DNA from: Gracilinanus agilis
Lineage: Eukaryota
Direction: 5' to 3'
DNA: 64,000 bases
Assembly (NCBI RefSeq): GCF_016433145.1
Contig: NC_058131.1
Span: forward strand, 323,977,008-324,041,007
The stretch's first letter is position 1. Each line of letters begins with the position of its first letter. Shown piece by piece: positions 1-12,420 of the stretch. A model generated the notes under the pieces. That model saw only the letters and a program-made list of their open reading frames with translations. It was not told the DNA's origin and did not search any database. The position numbers and the translations under genes were made by a program.

Positions 1-539
1 ATCTCATTTGATTTGATCCTTCCAAATTACTCTTTGACATCAGAGCTATTATTATCATTCCCTAATTTTCAGACAAGGAAACTGAGAGAAGGTAAGTCTC
101 AAAGCTAGCAAGTGTGTGAAGTAGGATTCAAACTCAGTTTTTCCTTACTTTGAGTTAAGCAATTTATCCACTGTGCTACCTATGGCATCTGAACCAGCAG
201 CTGGGCATATATAAGAGATCCATTATAGAAGCAACATCGTTTTGAAAACTCGGCGGATAGATTTTGCAAGAGATTTGCAAAGAAAGAAGATACTGAATCA
301 CAGGAGTGGGGTGGGGGTCGGGGGAGAAGGGAAGGGGAAAGCACCAAATCAAAATCCCTTGAGAAAGAAGAAATTAAAAGAATGACTGGCCCAGATGCCT
401 ATTTTTCTCATCTCTGTAAATGACTTACTCAAGAATCGACTGTAAACTTCAGGAAAGTTTGAGAAGAGGACAGCCTCTGCTACTCAGGATGTGTGACCTA
501 GGGATAGAGCTAGCTGAAACCCCCACCTTTCATACACAG

Positions 540-1310
540 CCAATCGCGAGCTTAGTTGGCCGAGGGAGGCAGAAGGAAGAAGCGAGTCAGATGCCTCCTC
601 TCACTGGCTTCCTGCACCGCCTCCCCCACCCCCCCATCGGCCACCGTACTCCTGGCGCTCAAAATCTCGTTTAGCGTGGGGTTAGAGGTGGCGCCGGCTT
701 ACGCGAAGCTCTAGAAAGATGGCGGCCCGGGTTTTGGCTCTGCTGCGGGAGGTGGCGCGGCTGGAGGCGCCGCTGGAGGAACTCCGGGCCTTGCAGGCTG
801 CCCTGCAGTCCGTGCCGCTCAGCTCGCTCCGAGAGCAGGCGGCCGAGCTTCGGCTCGGGCCTCTCTTCTCGCTACTCAACGCAAATCACCGGTGAGGGGA
901 CCCCCGGGGGGATGGCGGGGATCCTTCTCCTCAGAGCGCCTCCCTCCGCCCGGTGTGGCCCACTCTGTCGCTATAGAGACGCTGTCGGGACCGGGTCCGG
1001 GTCCGGGCCTCCGCTAGAGGCGTGTCTGGACGAGGCCAGGCCTAAGAATTTCCCTGACCTGAAAGGGGCCGAGAGGGCCCGGCGTCGCCACCCTCCAGGC
1101 CATGCCTGTCGCCTGATCTTAGATCTCGGAGGAGAGGGCGCAGGCTCCGGAGGCAGAAGACCCGAGTTCGAGACGTGACTGTGCAGCTTCTAACTTGTGG
1201 GACCTCGGGCACATCTCTTCCCCTCTCGGAACCACGGGTCGTTCATCGCTAGAATTAAGCATGTTAAGGTTGCTTACAGCACCGGGTCGACCGTTAAGCC
1301 TCCATCCCTG
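540..1310. promoter_or_regulatory. CpG island / PSMD5 promoter (probably bidirectional)
   Basis: Dense CpG/GC-rich stretch spanning PSMD5 exon 1 in otherwise AT-rich, CpG-poor DNA; boundaries approximate. Confidence 0.85.
719..891 (+). CDS. PSMD5: PSMD5 (26S proteasome base assembly chaperone S5b) coding exon 1
   Basis: ATG at 719, [58 protein letters not shown], donor CG|gtgagg; missed by the ORF track. Confidence 0.96.
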
Positions 1311-4139
1311 AGACATTACTTTGCACTCTGCTTTGTACCAATCATGTAATGGGCATTGTTTGATATAGATAGAAAACAGCGAGAAGACCCAACCCCGGTG
1401 GAATCCTCAGTCTAATAGTGAGATAAGTCATATGCATAGATATTACTTACCTAGCTAACTATTGTTATCTGTATACGTGTTTTAATTCATTTATTTATGA
1501 AGTACTGTGATACAGTGGAAACATTTAGATGACCTGGGTTCAAATTCTATCTTTGTCACTGGATCAATGTCCTCCTTTGTAAAACAGGAAGTTTTGCAAA
1601 TAAGAGTTACTTAATAACAGTTGAATGTGTGAATCTCAGGGTGCTCAATCCTGTACCATGCAGACTGGTCTATTTTCTGTCATACTCTTTCACTCATTTC
1701 CCTTCTCCATCTTTGTCTTTCAGTCACTTCCAGCTTCTAGAGTACATTGTTGAAACATATTCCCCACAGCTCACTTACTTGTTCACAAGTGTTAATAAGC
1801 CTAGGTCTTGATCTGTTGCCTGAGGGACAGTTTGATATATATCTTAGTTCTAATCCAGGTTTTGCTGCTTAGAATCATAGAATATTAGAGACTAAAGGAA
1901 CTTTAAAATACAAAATGTGGAACACAGAAACATTGATTACAAGCAGTGTTGCTTGAGGTTCTGTCAGTTAAGGATAGATACTCCACACAAGGATGTGAAG
2001 GATTGGAGGAAAACTTTTCATAGACAAGAAATGATACAAAGATAATTTTTAATATGTAATATTTACACTTAATAATGATCTATTGTGGGGGATTAAGACA
2101 ATACAAAATTAGAACATGATTAAGTACATAAGGGGTAGGAATTTGACCAGCCATTTAATAGATAAATGGAATTTATCTGCAATTCATAGTTGCTGGCATC
2201 CTGAGAAGGTTAAGTGACTTTCTCAATGTTCTATAGCAAGCATATCAGAAATGAGATTTGAATCCAAGATGACTTGGCTATAAGGCCAGCTTTCTATTCA
2301 TTATATCTTCCTCTCTCTTAAATGCATGAGTATTTTAAAAGTTTTGTATGCATGATAATTTTCTCTCCTATCTCCTTCCTAGACCATAAAGTTCAAGAGG
2401 ATGGGGATTATGCCTTTCCTAAAATTTGTACTCCCTTAGGGCTAGGGTTGTGTTTCTCATAAATGGTTTTTAATGTTTGAGTTGAATTTTTATATCAGAG
2501 GAATATTGTTCCTGTGCAAAGGAAGGAGCTTATCTCTGAGGAATCAAAGAAAGCTTCATAGAAGGTATGGATTCAAGGACAAGAAGGATGTTAGCAGGCA
2601 GAATTTTGGGGGCAGAAAGGCAGGAAATTCTACATAAAGGGAGTAGACAAAGGTACAGCCCAGGAGCATGAGAAGGAAAGACTTAGATACTGATGTGATA
2701 GCTTTTTTGTAAGGTTATCACTTGGGATTCCCTCCTATCTATCTTGAGCATTTTTCAGTCCTTTTGAGGATCATCATTTCTCACTCCTTAATCATGGCTG
2801 ACACCTGTCCTTGATCTTTCCTCTCTTTATATGCTCCTAATGATTTCTTCCACTCAGTGTGGGTTCATCTCTGTGTAGGCAGTCCCCAAATCTACATATC
2901 TAACCCTAATCTGAATTTAAGGCATAAATTCCTAATTGTCTTTTGTATATATCCACTATATTGTCCTACCAACATTTCAAACTTCATATCCAGAATGCCA
3001 CTTATTATCTTCTTCTCTAAATCAACCCTTCTTCCAAACCTTCCTGTTTCTTTTGAGGGTAATATACTTAGCTGTGTACTGTGTATTCATAGTATCATAG
3101 ATTTATAGCTGAAAGAAAACTTACAAATCCTATTGTACAAACTCTTCATTTTGACAGACAAGAAAACTGAGGCCTGAGAGATTAAGTGATTTGCTAAGGA
3201 CCCACAGCTATTAAGTAGAAGTTAAATTAAACCCTGATCCTCTGATCCCAAATTCCCCCAGAATATTGTACATTCATTGAAAATAGGGATTATTTTGTTT
3301 TTGTCTTTGTATCCACAGGCCCAGCACAAGTGCTTAATAAATGTTTATTGAACCAAATGTAGTAACACTTATTTCACCAGAGGATAGAAGTTGAACCAGT
3401 ATATGGGAATTAGTGAGAGACCAATTTCTCATAAATATTAAGATTTTCCCAACAATTGCAACTGCAAATAGGAAATGGTCTAATTCATAAGGTTGAATTT
3501 CCTGGCACTAGAAAATGTACAGGTAAATGCCAGGTAATCACTTGTCTGTGAGGTTATTGAAAGGATTTATATTTCAGAATGTTGGAGTAAGCGATCTCTG
3601 AAATCTTCTGATTATGGGATTCCATGATTCTTTGAAAATATGGAATGTACAAAATGGGAGCAAGGATAGTTCTTGGCTGGTACTTTGTATATTTAATTGT
3701 AGTGTAAAAGAAAGGTTCAGAAGCAAAGTGATGCCAGGTTATAGATGGCCTTGAATCCCAGTTTAGTAAATCTTAAGTATGAAGAGGATCTTTGTAGGCC
3801 TCAACAACTCTTCAAACCCCACCTTCCCCTGAGTGAGAACTAAGGAGGAAGATGGTACCATTTTTTTTTCTTAATCCAAAATCTTTTTTTGCTTCAACCT
3901 CAGCTCAAGTTCTAAATTTTCCAAAAGTTACCAAGCATAGTGCCTAAGCTTCTAGGAGAGCACTTAGCACGGTGTCTTGCACACAGTAAACACTTAGCAA
4001 ATTGTTGGATAATATCTCCCTTCTCTGGGAAAGAATATTTGAAAAACAAAACAAAACTCTCCCCTAAAACATGTTCACAATAATATAAGACACAGAAATG
4101 GCTTATATTTAATGCCTGTATCATTCTGTTAAGCTCTGG

Positions 4140-5700
4140 GCACCCAGCCACAAATGGCTACCTGCTAAAGGCCATGTTCCTGTGGACAATGCTTACCTAC
4201 TTGAATTCATTTCTCAATGATCAGCATATTTCCACATTGTCATACACACTCGTCCCAGTGATTTTTAACCCAACCTCTGGTTCCCATTGTTTAAACCTTA
4301 TTCTCCCACTAATTGCTCCCTTATTCCCATCTCACTCAACCCCAATCTCCTCCTCTCCCACAACCTCCCTCTCTAAGGTTACTTCAGCCTTCCCCACTAT
4401 GCTTTACAGCACAGTGCTGACTGGAATGCCTACCCAGTAGATAACAAACTAGACATCTTCATCTTAAACCTTTTCTTTTCTCTGCCCATCTTTTTGTACT
4501 CACTGAGTATGGCTCCCTCCTGATGACACAGAGGTAACTCAATTATTGGTTTTAAATTAATACTAGTGTTTCACCCTGCCCCATCCCCCCATTTTCCCCA
4601 GATTTGTTGGCTATTGTGGAAAAATTGGATTATTCTTTGCTCCCTATGGCCACTTTCCAGACACTTCATCTACCATCACTCTCCTCCTTTGAGGCTTAGT
4701 CTATATCACCAAGGGCATTTTCCTTCATCAGTAAATTCATTGTCTGGTTCATAGTCTCTTGTCCCTAATTTCTGCCCTCATAAATGCTGATATTCACTCA
4801 AACACTTTAACTTTACAACTCTTCAATTTTTTCATTTCCCATGGCATATTCCTCCACTTTGCCACAGATACATATAGAGATGGTCATATTTTTTATCTTG
4901 CCATCATCCATAAGTGAGACCTGTAAGTGTTGAAATCCATGTTAATAAACTCTGAAATTCCTTTATTTGTTCATAATCTGCTGTCATTCCTTCTCTAATG
5001 TTCTGATGTTATTCTCACCTCTTATCTAATCTTGCTCAGGCCTGCTGATTTTACCTTCATGACATATCTTATATGTGCCTCCTTTTCTCTTCTGATTCTG
5101 CCACCATCTTGTATAAGCCCTCATCACCTCATTCCTAGTAGATTATTGCAATAATCTAATGTTTGGTCTCCCTGTTTCAAGCCTTTCCACACCTCAACTG
5201 ATATTCCACTCAGTAGTCAAATTGATCTTCCTAAAGGGCACGTCACTCTTGTCCATCTCCTCATTAAGTAAACTCCAGAATCAAAAATAAAATCTTCTGT
5301 TTGGCTTTTAAACTCTTTTATAATCTAGTTCTTTTCTATCTTTGTTTTTTTTTTACCTTTCTCCTCTCCAAATACACTGCAGTTAAGTGGTACTGATTTT
5401 ACTGTTCCTTGTGTATGACACTTCCTCTTCTAAGTGTTTTCATTGACTGCCTGAAATGTTCTTTCTCTACATCTTTGCCTTATGCCTTCCCTGACTTTCT
5501 TCCTATCTCAGATAAAGTCATATATTTTGCTAGAAGCCTTTCCTAGCCCTCCTTAATTTTAAGTGCCTCCCCTCTAAGACTACCCCTAATTTATCCTGTC
5601 AGTCTTGTAGAACAGGTACTGTTTTTTGCCTTTCTTTTTATCCCTAGTACTTAGCACCATGCCTGATATTTAGTAGGTATTTAACAGTGCTTGTTGACTT
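4140..5700 (+). mobile_element. L2 LINE fragments (endonuclease remnant through 3' end)
   Basis: Pyrimidine-rich L2 sense strand; TYRDGHIFYLAI remnant of the THxxGHTLDL endonuclease motif near 4870; typical L2 tail ending near 5700; boundaries approximate. Confidence 0.7.
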
Positions 5701-7481
5701 AATTATACTCCCAATTTTCCTCAGACAGGAGTGTTCTTAATGTTATTATGATTTTTCTGGACTTAAGTGCTTAACTTCTTTTTGCTCCCAATCCAATTAA
5801 TCACAAAGTCGGTCCTTGTCATCACCATAATTCAGAGCCTGAATTTTTTTTTCATTGACCCACAACAGATAGCTTTTCTTTCTACCTGTAACCTCCCTCC
5901 TCTTGCTCAGTGCTCACTTTGCTTTCAGACCTTTCCTAATTTTCCATACCAGGAGCCATAGATTATCACAAAATTTTATAGTTGGAAGGAACTTTTTTAG
6001 AGGCTCTGGACCTTTGATTTCATCTCTTTGGGGGATTGTGTGGAAACTCCTACCAGTGCAGATAAACATGTTACCAGTAGTTTTAGAGAGCTGCCTGTGC
6101 TACTGATAGATTGTGACTTATTTATGGTGATGTTACTAACATGTATTAAGAGATGGGACTTCAATTCAGGTCTTTCCAACTCTAGTTCCCCTGTTCACTA
6201 TGCCATAGTGCTTTGTTTTTGTTTTTGTTTTTAATTTTTTCTATTTTAAATTAATTTTTTTCCATATTGCTTCTTAAAAGGATCTTGGCTATCATTTAAT
6301 TCTTGTTTAAGAGAGTAAGCCTAGAAAACTGAATGACTTGCCCATGATCATATACAATCTAATGGTAGCAGATCCTGTAACTCTAGATCTCCAGTGTCTA
6401 CTTTTCTTTAATCCCTTTTCTTAATTCCCATAGCACATTGTTCCTATCTCTCATTTCACTCACTGTGTGTTTCATATGTTATAGTGGCTGTATGTGTGTC
6501 TGTGTTATCATTTTCATTTACTTGTATGGTACTAGATAAATATTTATTGAATGGTTGTTTTGAGACCAATGTTTAGGCATTCTAGATTACAGGCCAGTTG
6601 GAACTGATAGGGAATGAACTATTTTTAATCTGGAAGTAAAAGTGAGAAATATACCCAGAAATTTATGTAAAAAGAAAACTAAAAGTTTGGATATTGTGTC
6701 AGTCTGAATCAGTGGCATGAAGAATATGTGCCTCCAAATTATTTCCTTGAATATAGTATACCCACTGAATTTGAGAACAATTAGATATTAGAGTTTGAAG
6801 AGCCCATTGAAGTTTATTGACTCCAATGCTCTCATTTGGCACATGGGAAAACAGGTCCAACAAAATGAAATGATTTAAAAACGTAAGTCATGATAAAAAA
6901 GAGACTGAAGTGCAGGACTAGAATTCATTTCATTGCTTCTAATACCAGTCTGTATATCATCTGACACATTTTCCTCCTCATCTTAAGCATTCCTGCTCTA
7001 TGTCCTAAGCAGCTGACTGAGCTTATGTTGTGGATAGATTCTTCAGGAGGATTGATGTTGGAGAGAATTAAATGGAAAAGACTGATGCCCCAAAGACAAA
7101 ACACTATAGAGGAGAAACCTAATTAGTTGAGTAATGATGATTGAAAGTCACTAATTATTAAATACTAGGTAACTTATTGTTTGATTATGTGTATTATATA
7201 ACATACATGACTTTGTTATAACATATCTTCCCTATTCTACACTTACATTTAATTATATACTATTTTGTTCTTGAACTGTTTCAGACATGTTTCACCCATA
7301 TGCTTGTAAAGCTACATAGGGGCAAGGATCACATTTTCCATTTCTCAGTTTTTTCATTGTGCCTAGGACATGAGAGGGTACTAAAATACTTGAAATAAAA
7401 CACCTTTTGACCAGAAGTTCCTAAGTTTTCCTGATAGTGGACTATATGACCAGAAATTATGTTAGTTGCCCAAATACAGGG

Positions 7482-7510
7482 TTTTTGTTTTGTTTTGTTT
7501 TGTTTTGTTT
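7482..7510 (+). repeat. (GTTTT)n simple repeat
   Basis: gttttt gttttgttttgttttgttttgtttc. Confidence 0.85.
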
Positions 7511-7717
7511 CAGTAAAACAAAAGCAGTCCCTCCCAAATTTAATCAATTCTTTTTGTGTGCACATGCAAAGTTACAGGCCAGGTGCTAGTCATAGATCAA
7601 TTTTGATCAGAGAATGAAAATACTGGAATTTAACAGACCTCTACACTACCCTACCACTCATCCCCTGTATGACTTCCTCTCTGCCCGTCTTGATAAATGA
7701 TGGGTCTTGGTTTTCAG

Positions 7718-7862
7718 GGAGCAGACTACCTTGTGTGTGTCCATTCTGGAGAGATTTCTCCAAGCTATGGAACCAGTCTACGTGGCCCGAAACCTTAGGG
7801 ATGAACTGCACAGGGGACTATCTCACCCTGATGATGCTGTGGTAATCCTCACTCTGGCCCAG
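7718..7862 (+). CDS. PSMD5: PSMD5 exon 2
   Basis: tttcag|G ... [48 protein letters not shown]|gtatgg; 145 nt, phase consistent. Confidence 0.95.
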
Positions 7863-8151
7863 GTATGGAATTTTAATAGTACACATGCTGCCCTTCACAA
7901 GATTTTTCTTTTCCTACAGAGGTGTGGGTGTTTAAAGACAGTTAAATCCAGTTGTGACTATGAATGGGTCAATATCAGCATTTACATTGACTCATACTGC
8001 TGTGGTAATAATCCTTAATGCAATAATACAAGAAATTTTGTTAAGGGATTGAATGATAATATGGTTCAGATGCAGATAGTTTTACTGTTTTGCGGTCTCG
8101 CACATCCTATGATGGGAGTTTGATCCTGGTGAATATCTTGTAATTTTTTAG

Positions 8152-8265
8152 GTTGGAAGAATTGTAGAAAATTCAGAGGCTGTTACCGAGATTCTCAATA
8201 GTCCTGAATTACTGAAGGACATAATTTATTGCATTGGTGGAGAAAAATTATCTATAGCTAAAGCG
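8152..8265 (+). CDS. PSMD5: PSMD5 exon 3
   Basis: ttttag|[38 protein letters not shown]|gtgagt; 114 nt. Confidence 0.95.
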
Positions 8266-8369
8266 GTGAGTATTCAAGAACCGTGAAACAAATCCTAAAA
8301 TCACAGAGTCTCAGAATTAAAAGGTACCAATACTCAAATAACAATCTCCTTTAGAATACCCCTAGACAT

Positions 8370-9145
8370 TGTAGGGGTTAAAATTTATGGTTAGACTAAA
8401 TATAAGAGAATGTGGTCACCAATATTATAACTCAAGTCAAAATGACCTTTTATTTAGCAGCTTTATTTATAAAATAGAAATAGTAAAGTAGAGAAATGTG
8501 AAGGAGGGTAGAGTAATCAGTCTAGCTTATCACCCTAACATTTCTCAAGTGCCTGGCTCAACTCAGGCTGGGCTAATTATAATTAGCCCTCCACCGGAGG
8601 GCCCTTAGTTGGAGGACCTTTTAGCCGGAAGACCTGGTGGTAAATAACCACACAGCTTTCCCCAAGACAGGGAGGCCTCTCTGGAAACTAATCTCTCCAG
8701 AAGCCAGGAAAGGAGTCAACCTTTTCACCTACTCATGTTGTAATCCAAAGGGAAGATCCAAAAGCAGTCTTACCAGAAGCAGTACAAGGTCCCAAGCTGG
8801 AGCTCCTCCAAAGCCAAGTTCGAAGGAGAAAGTGAGTTTGAATAGGAAATTCAGGGTTTTTATAATGCTTTTTCCATGTCACTTCCTGTCCTTTCTTCCA
8901 CTTTACAGGGACCAATTGTAGTCTTTAAATTTGCTTAGCACTGCCTGGGTGGGGGACAGTCAGTCTCTTCTGAGTTGTCACCCACTTTTGCAAGTGACTT
9001 TTGGACCTCCCCTACTTAGGTGTTAAGTTGGGGTGTCTTTGCTTTTGAAGGTATAAACTCCTGTAGTAAGTAGTTTGTGGACTTCCCTTACTTTAGGGTT
9101 AAGTATGGGTATATTTCTTTTGTTTATTAATTCATATTAATCTCA
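8370..9145 (-). mobile_element. Solo ERV LTR (~775 bp) in PSMD5 intron 3, antisense
   Basis: TG...CA termini, degenerate 6-bp TSD (agacat/atatat), minus-strand AATAAA (8449, 8462) and TATAAAA (~8860); an empty-site paralog exists at ~9605. Confidence 0.7.
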
Positions 9146-9857
9146 ATATATTAAATAAGCAGAGATTGAGGTCTTTTTTTTCTTAATTAAAAAGAAAGAT
9201 GAATTGAGTCATGATAATGAATGGTGAAGGATTTGTGTGGATAGCTGTTAGTACTTTAATTTGAAACCTGTTTTGGGGTATCTCAATGATGACTTTGTTA
9301 AATGAATGCTAATAAAGTAAGTCTTTGCCCCTTTCCTAGGGAGTACACATTATCATATAGATATGGTTCTCATTTACTTGATTATTGACAGAAGAAACCT
9401 TTAAAATTTTCTTATTTGGGGGCTTTTTTTTTTAACTTGCTATTTTCAGTTACTAGCATAGTGAAAAGAAATCTAGCCCAAGGCCTGATATTGCCACTAA
9501 CCATATGACTGAGAAAGTTCTAGATCTGTGAAACAAATTCTAAAATTACAGGGTCTCACCAAGTTCAACCAATACCTGAGTAAGAATCCCCTTTAGGATA
9601 CCCCTAGATATCGTAAATAAGCAGAGAAGCTGGGTTTTTTTAAAGGGGATGATAGTCATGATAATGAATGGTATTCACTACTTCTTGGATCATCAGTTTC
9701 CAATATATGAAATGGAGAAAAGGATAACTCTTCTTTCTCATTGGATTATTATGAGTTGCAAATGAAATAGTGTGTGTGAAGCACTTCATAAAGCTGTTTT
9801 ATATTACTATTATTTTCCTGTGTTTACATGATTGAGAAAATTCCTTTTTTTTGCAAG

Positions 9858-9986
9858 GCTATCAAGTCACTATCAAGAATAGCCCTAACTCAAGCTGGAT
9901 TAGAGTCTTTATTTGGAAGCAGCCTGTTAGATGATTTAAAAAATGTAATGAAAACAAGTGACATCGTACGATATAGAGTCTATGAG
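9858..9986 (+). CDS. PSMD5: PSMD5 exon 4
   Basis: ttgcaag|[43 protein letters not shown]|gtaaga; 129 nt, symmetric phase 0-0, AAG acceptor. Confidence 0.94.
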
Positions 9987-10258
9987 GTAAGATAAAAACT
10001 GTTCTTTATACTTTATACTATATCTTTATATCAAAATACACAAATAGCTTATTGTGGGAGACAAGATGATCTAAGAAATTTTTGCTGAACTTTAATATTG
10101 ACAAGTTATAACACATACTCTAGTATAAAGAGCAATCAGCAAATAGGTATCTGTTTACTATATACCTGACAAATTGTTACATAATCTGGGATATGAAAAT
10201 TTAAGAGGATTGAGGGTCCTTGTCCATGGAGAATTTAAAATCTAATTGAGGAAGACAG

Positions 10259-10285
10259 ACACACACACACACACACACACACACA
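10259..10285 (+). repeat. (CA)n microsatellite
   Basis: About 13 AC units. Confidence 0.95.
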
Positions 10286-10634
10286 CCCCCAAACATTTAT
10301 GAAGTGTCTAATTGAGACAACACAGTATAGTTGATAATGGATTTAAGTCCTGTCTCTTATACTTTCTACTTTCCTGATTTTTGCAAATCACTTTATCTTA
10401 GTTTTGTAATCTGTAAATGATAGGAAGAATTATCTGCATCCCCTCCATCTCTGAATCCTACAAATGTCCTATGAATAGATAGAACCTAATTGCTGAACTG
10501 TTGACTGTCTGCAAGCAAGCTAGGTTTGCTTTTAAATAAGATTAAAATCAGGGACTAAAAGTTTTTGTTGCTAGTTCTATTCTTACCTTAACTTAAAACA
10601 TCCTACAACATTCCTTTAAAACATAGGGCAAATA

Positions 10635-10868
10635 GGGGGCAACTGGGTAGCTCAGTGGATTGAGAGCCAGGCCTAGAGATGGGAGGTCCTAGGTTCAAAT
10701 CTGGCCTCAGACACTTCCCAGCTGTGTGACCCTGGGCAAGTCACTTGAACCCCATTGCCCGCCCTTACCACTCTTCTACCTATGAGCCAATACAAAGAAG
10801 TTAAGGGTTTAAAAAAAAACCCACAAATAAATAAATGAATGAACGAATAAACAAACAAACAAATAAAT
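10635..10868 (+). mobile_element. SINE1_Mdo-type SINE, short-tail variant
   Basis: tRNA-like A/B boxes, CORE, A-rich tail; TSD aaaacatagggca(a/g)at at 10618-10634 and 10869-10885. Confidence 0.9.
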
Positions 10869-11086
10869 AAAACATAGGGCAGATTTTTTAAATGTCATAA
10901 TTTTTTCCTTATTGATAGTGCATTATGTGAAGTTTTAAGCTCAGGGTAGAGGCATGTGTTGGTTTTCTTTAGAAATAAAAATGCTACTTTAATTTCCCTA
11001 AGTCTTTATTTTAGGTTAAATTGAGAACCAGTGTTAAACTGGTTGGCTCCTTTTACATCTCTGCTTTTGTTTTTGTTTTACTCTAG

Positions 11087-11196
11087 CTGATTGTGGAGAT
11101 TTCCTCTGTGTCACCAGAATCCTTAAAATACTGTACTGACAGCGGATTAGTAACCCAGCTCATTAGAGAGCTGACTGGTGATGATGTTCTAGTCAG
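11087..11196 (+). CDS. PSMD5: PSMD5 exon 5
   Basis: ctctag|[37 protein letters not shown]|gtgggt; 110 nt. Confidence 0.95.
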
Positions 11197-11737
11197 GTGG
11201 GTTAAACTTTGTGATTTTGGAAAGCAAACCTCTGCCTAGAATTTAGCTGAATTGGCATCCTAGCAGATGCTTTAGAAGAAATGACTGTCTAGGGATATTT
11301 GTCAAGAGTCTTTGTCGAGCATTGGATTTTGAGTTTGAGGGCCTGACTTCTTGGCTTAATTTTTTTCATCCATAGAAGAATGGGGGTGGACTAGATGATC
11401 TCTAAGGTCCCTTTTTGCTCTATATTTTATAATCTTGTGTGATTTCTTAGTATTTATTAATTGAGAGGAGCCATTGTAAACCTAAGTCACTTTGGGAGAA
11501 AGAAAAATCAAGACATACCTTTTACCCTGTGTTTTATAAATGTGGTCTCAGTTATTAAATTAATATCCATAAATAGTCACAGAATCATAGAATGTTAGGA
11601 GCAGCATTTGAGTATTTTAGCTGGAGTGATTAATTTTTGTAATTCTTTTAATCTGAAATTGTACGAATTCATGTTCACTAAAAAAGAACTCTGATGTTAG
11701 TTAATTAAAATTCTTCTGTTTATGTTATATGTTGCAG

Positions 11738-11880
11738 AGCCACCTGTATAGAAATGGTGACATCACTGGCACACACTCATCATGGACGACAATATCTTGC
11801 CCAAGAAGGAGTAATTGATCAAATTTCTAATATTATCGTTGGGGCAGATTTAGATCCTTTCTCCAGTTTCTATTTGCCAG
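11738..11880 (+). CDS. PSMD5: PSMD5 exon 6
   Basis: ttgcag|[48 protein letters not shown]|gtaatt; 143 nt. Confidence 0.95.
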
Positions 11881-12228
11881 GTAATTGACATTGTTTTTCC
11901 TCTGTAATAGAGGCAACCACTGAATCATCTGTTTAAAATGGTTGTATAGTCTTTGAAAAAAAGATCTTAGAACTGACTCCTTTTAAGAGATGACTGGGTC
12001 ATTATATCCTGAAGGAAGCTCTGCTAAAGTCTGTGTTATATCTGTTTTGATTCCCTTTTTATGGAATTGCTATTGGCATTATCTTTGAAATGTCTTCTAA
12101 TGTTTAAAACATTTAGTTATTTTTCTCCTAAAGTTCAATTATGTGGAAACACAAGGTAAAGCTAGCTGTAGTCTAATGTAAGCTCTTTTGCTACTTGATT
12201 CAGATTACTTTCTTGTGGCTTTCTTTAG

Positions 12229-12420
12229 GATTTGTCAAATTTTTTGGCAATCTGGCAATAGTGGATAGCCCTCAACAGATATGTGAACGATACCCAATCT
12301 TTGTAGAAAAAGTCTTTGAAATGGCAGAAGGTCAGGATCCTACCATGATAGGAGTAGCTGTGGACACCTTAGGGATCCTGGGCTCAAATGTGGAAGGAAA
12401 ACAGGTTTTACAGAAAACAG
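12229..12420 (+). CDS. PSMD5: PSMD5 exon 7
   Basis: ctttag|[63 protein letters not shown]|gttggt; 192 nt. Confidence 0.96.

Noticed and set aside
420-1316. ORFs of 65-88 aa around PSMD5 exon 1
   Set aside because: CpG-island artefacts; the real exon (719-891) is in a different frame and strand
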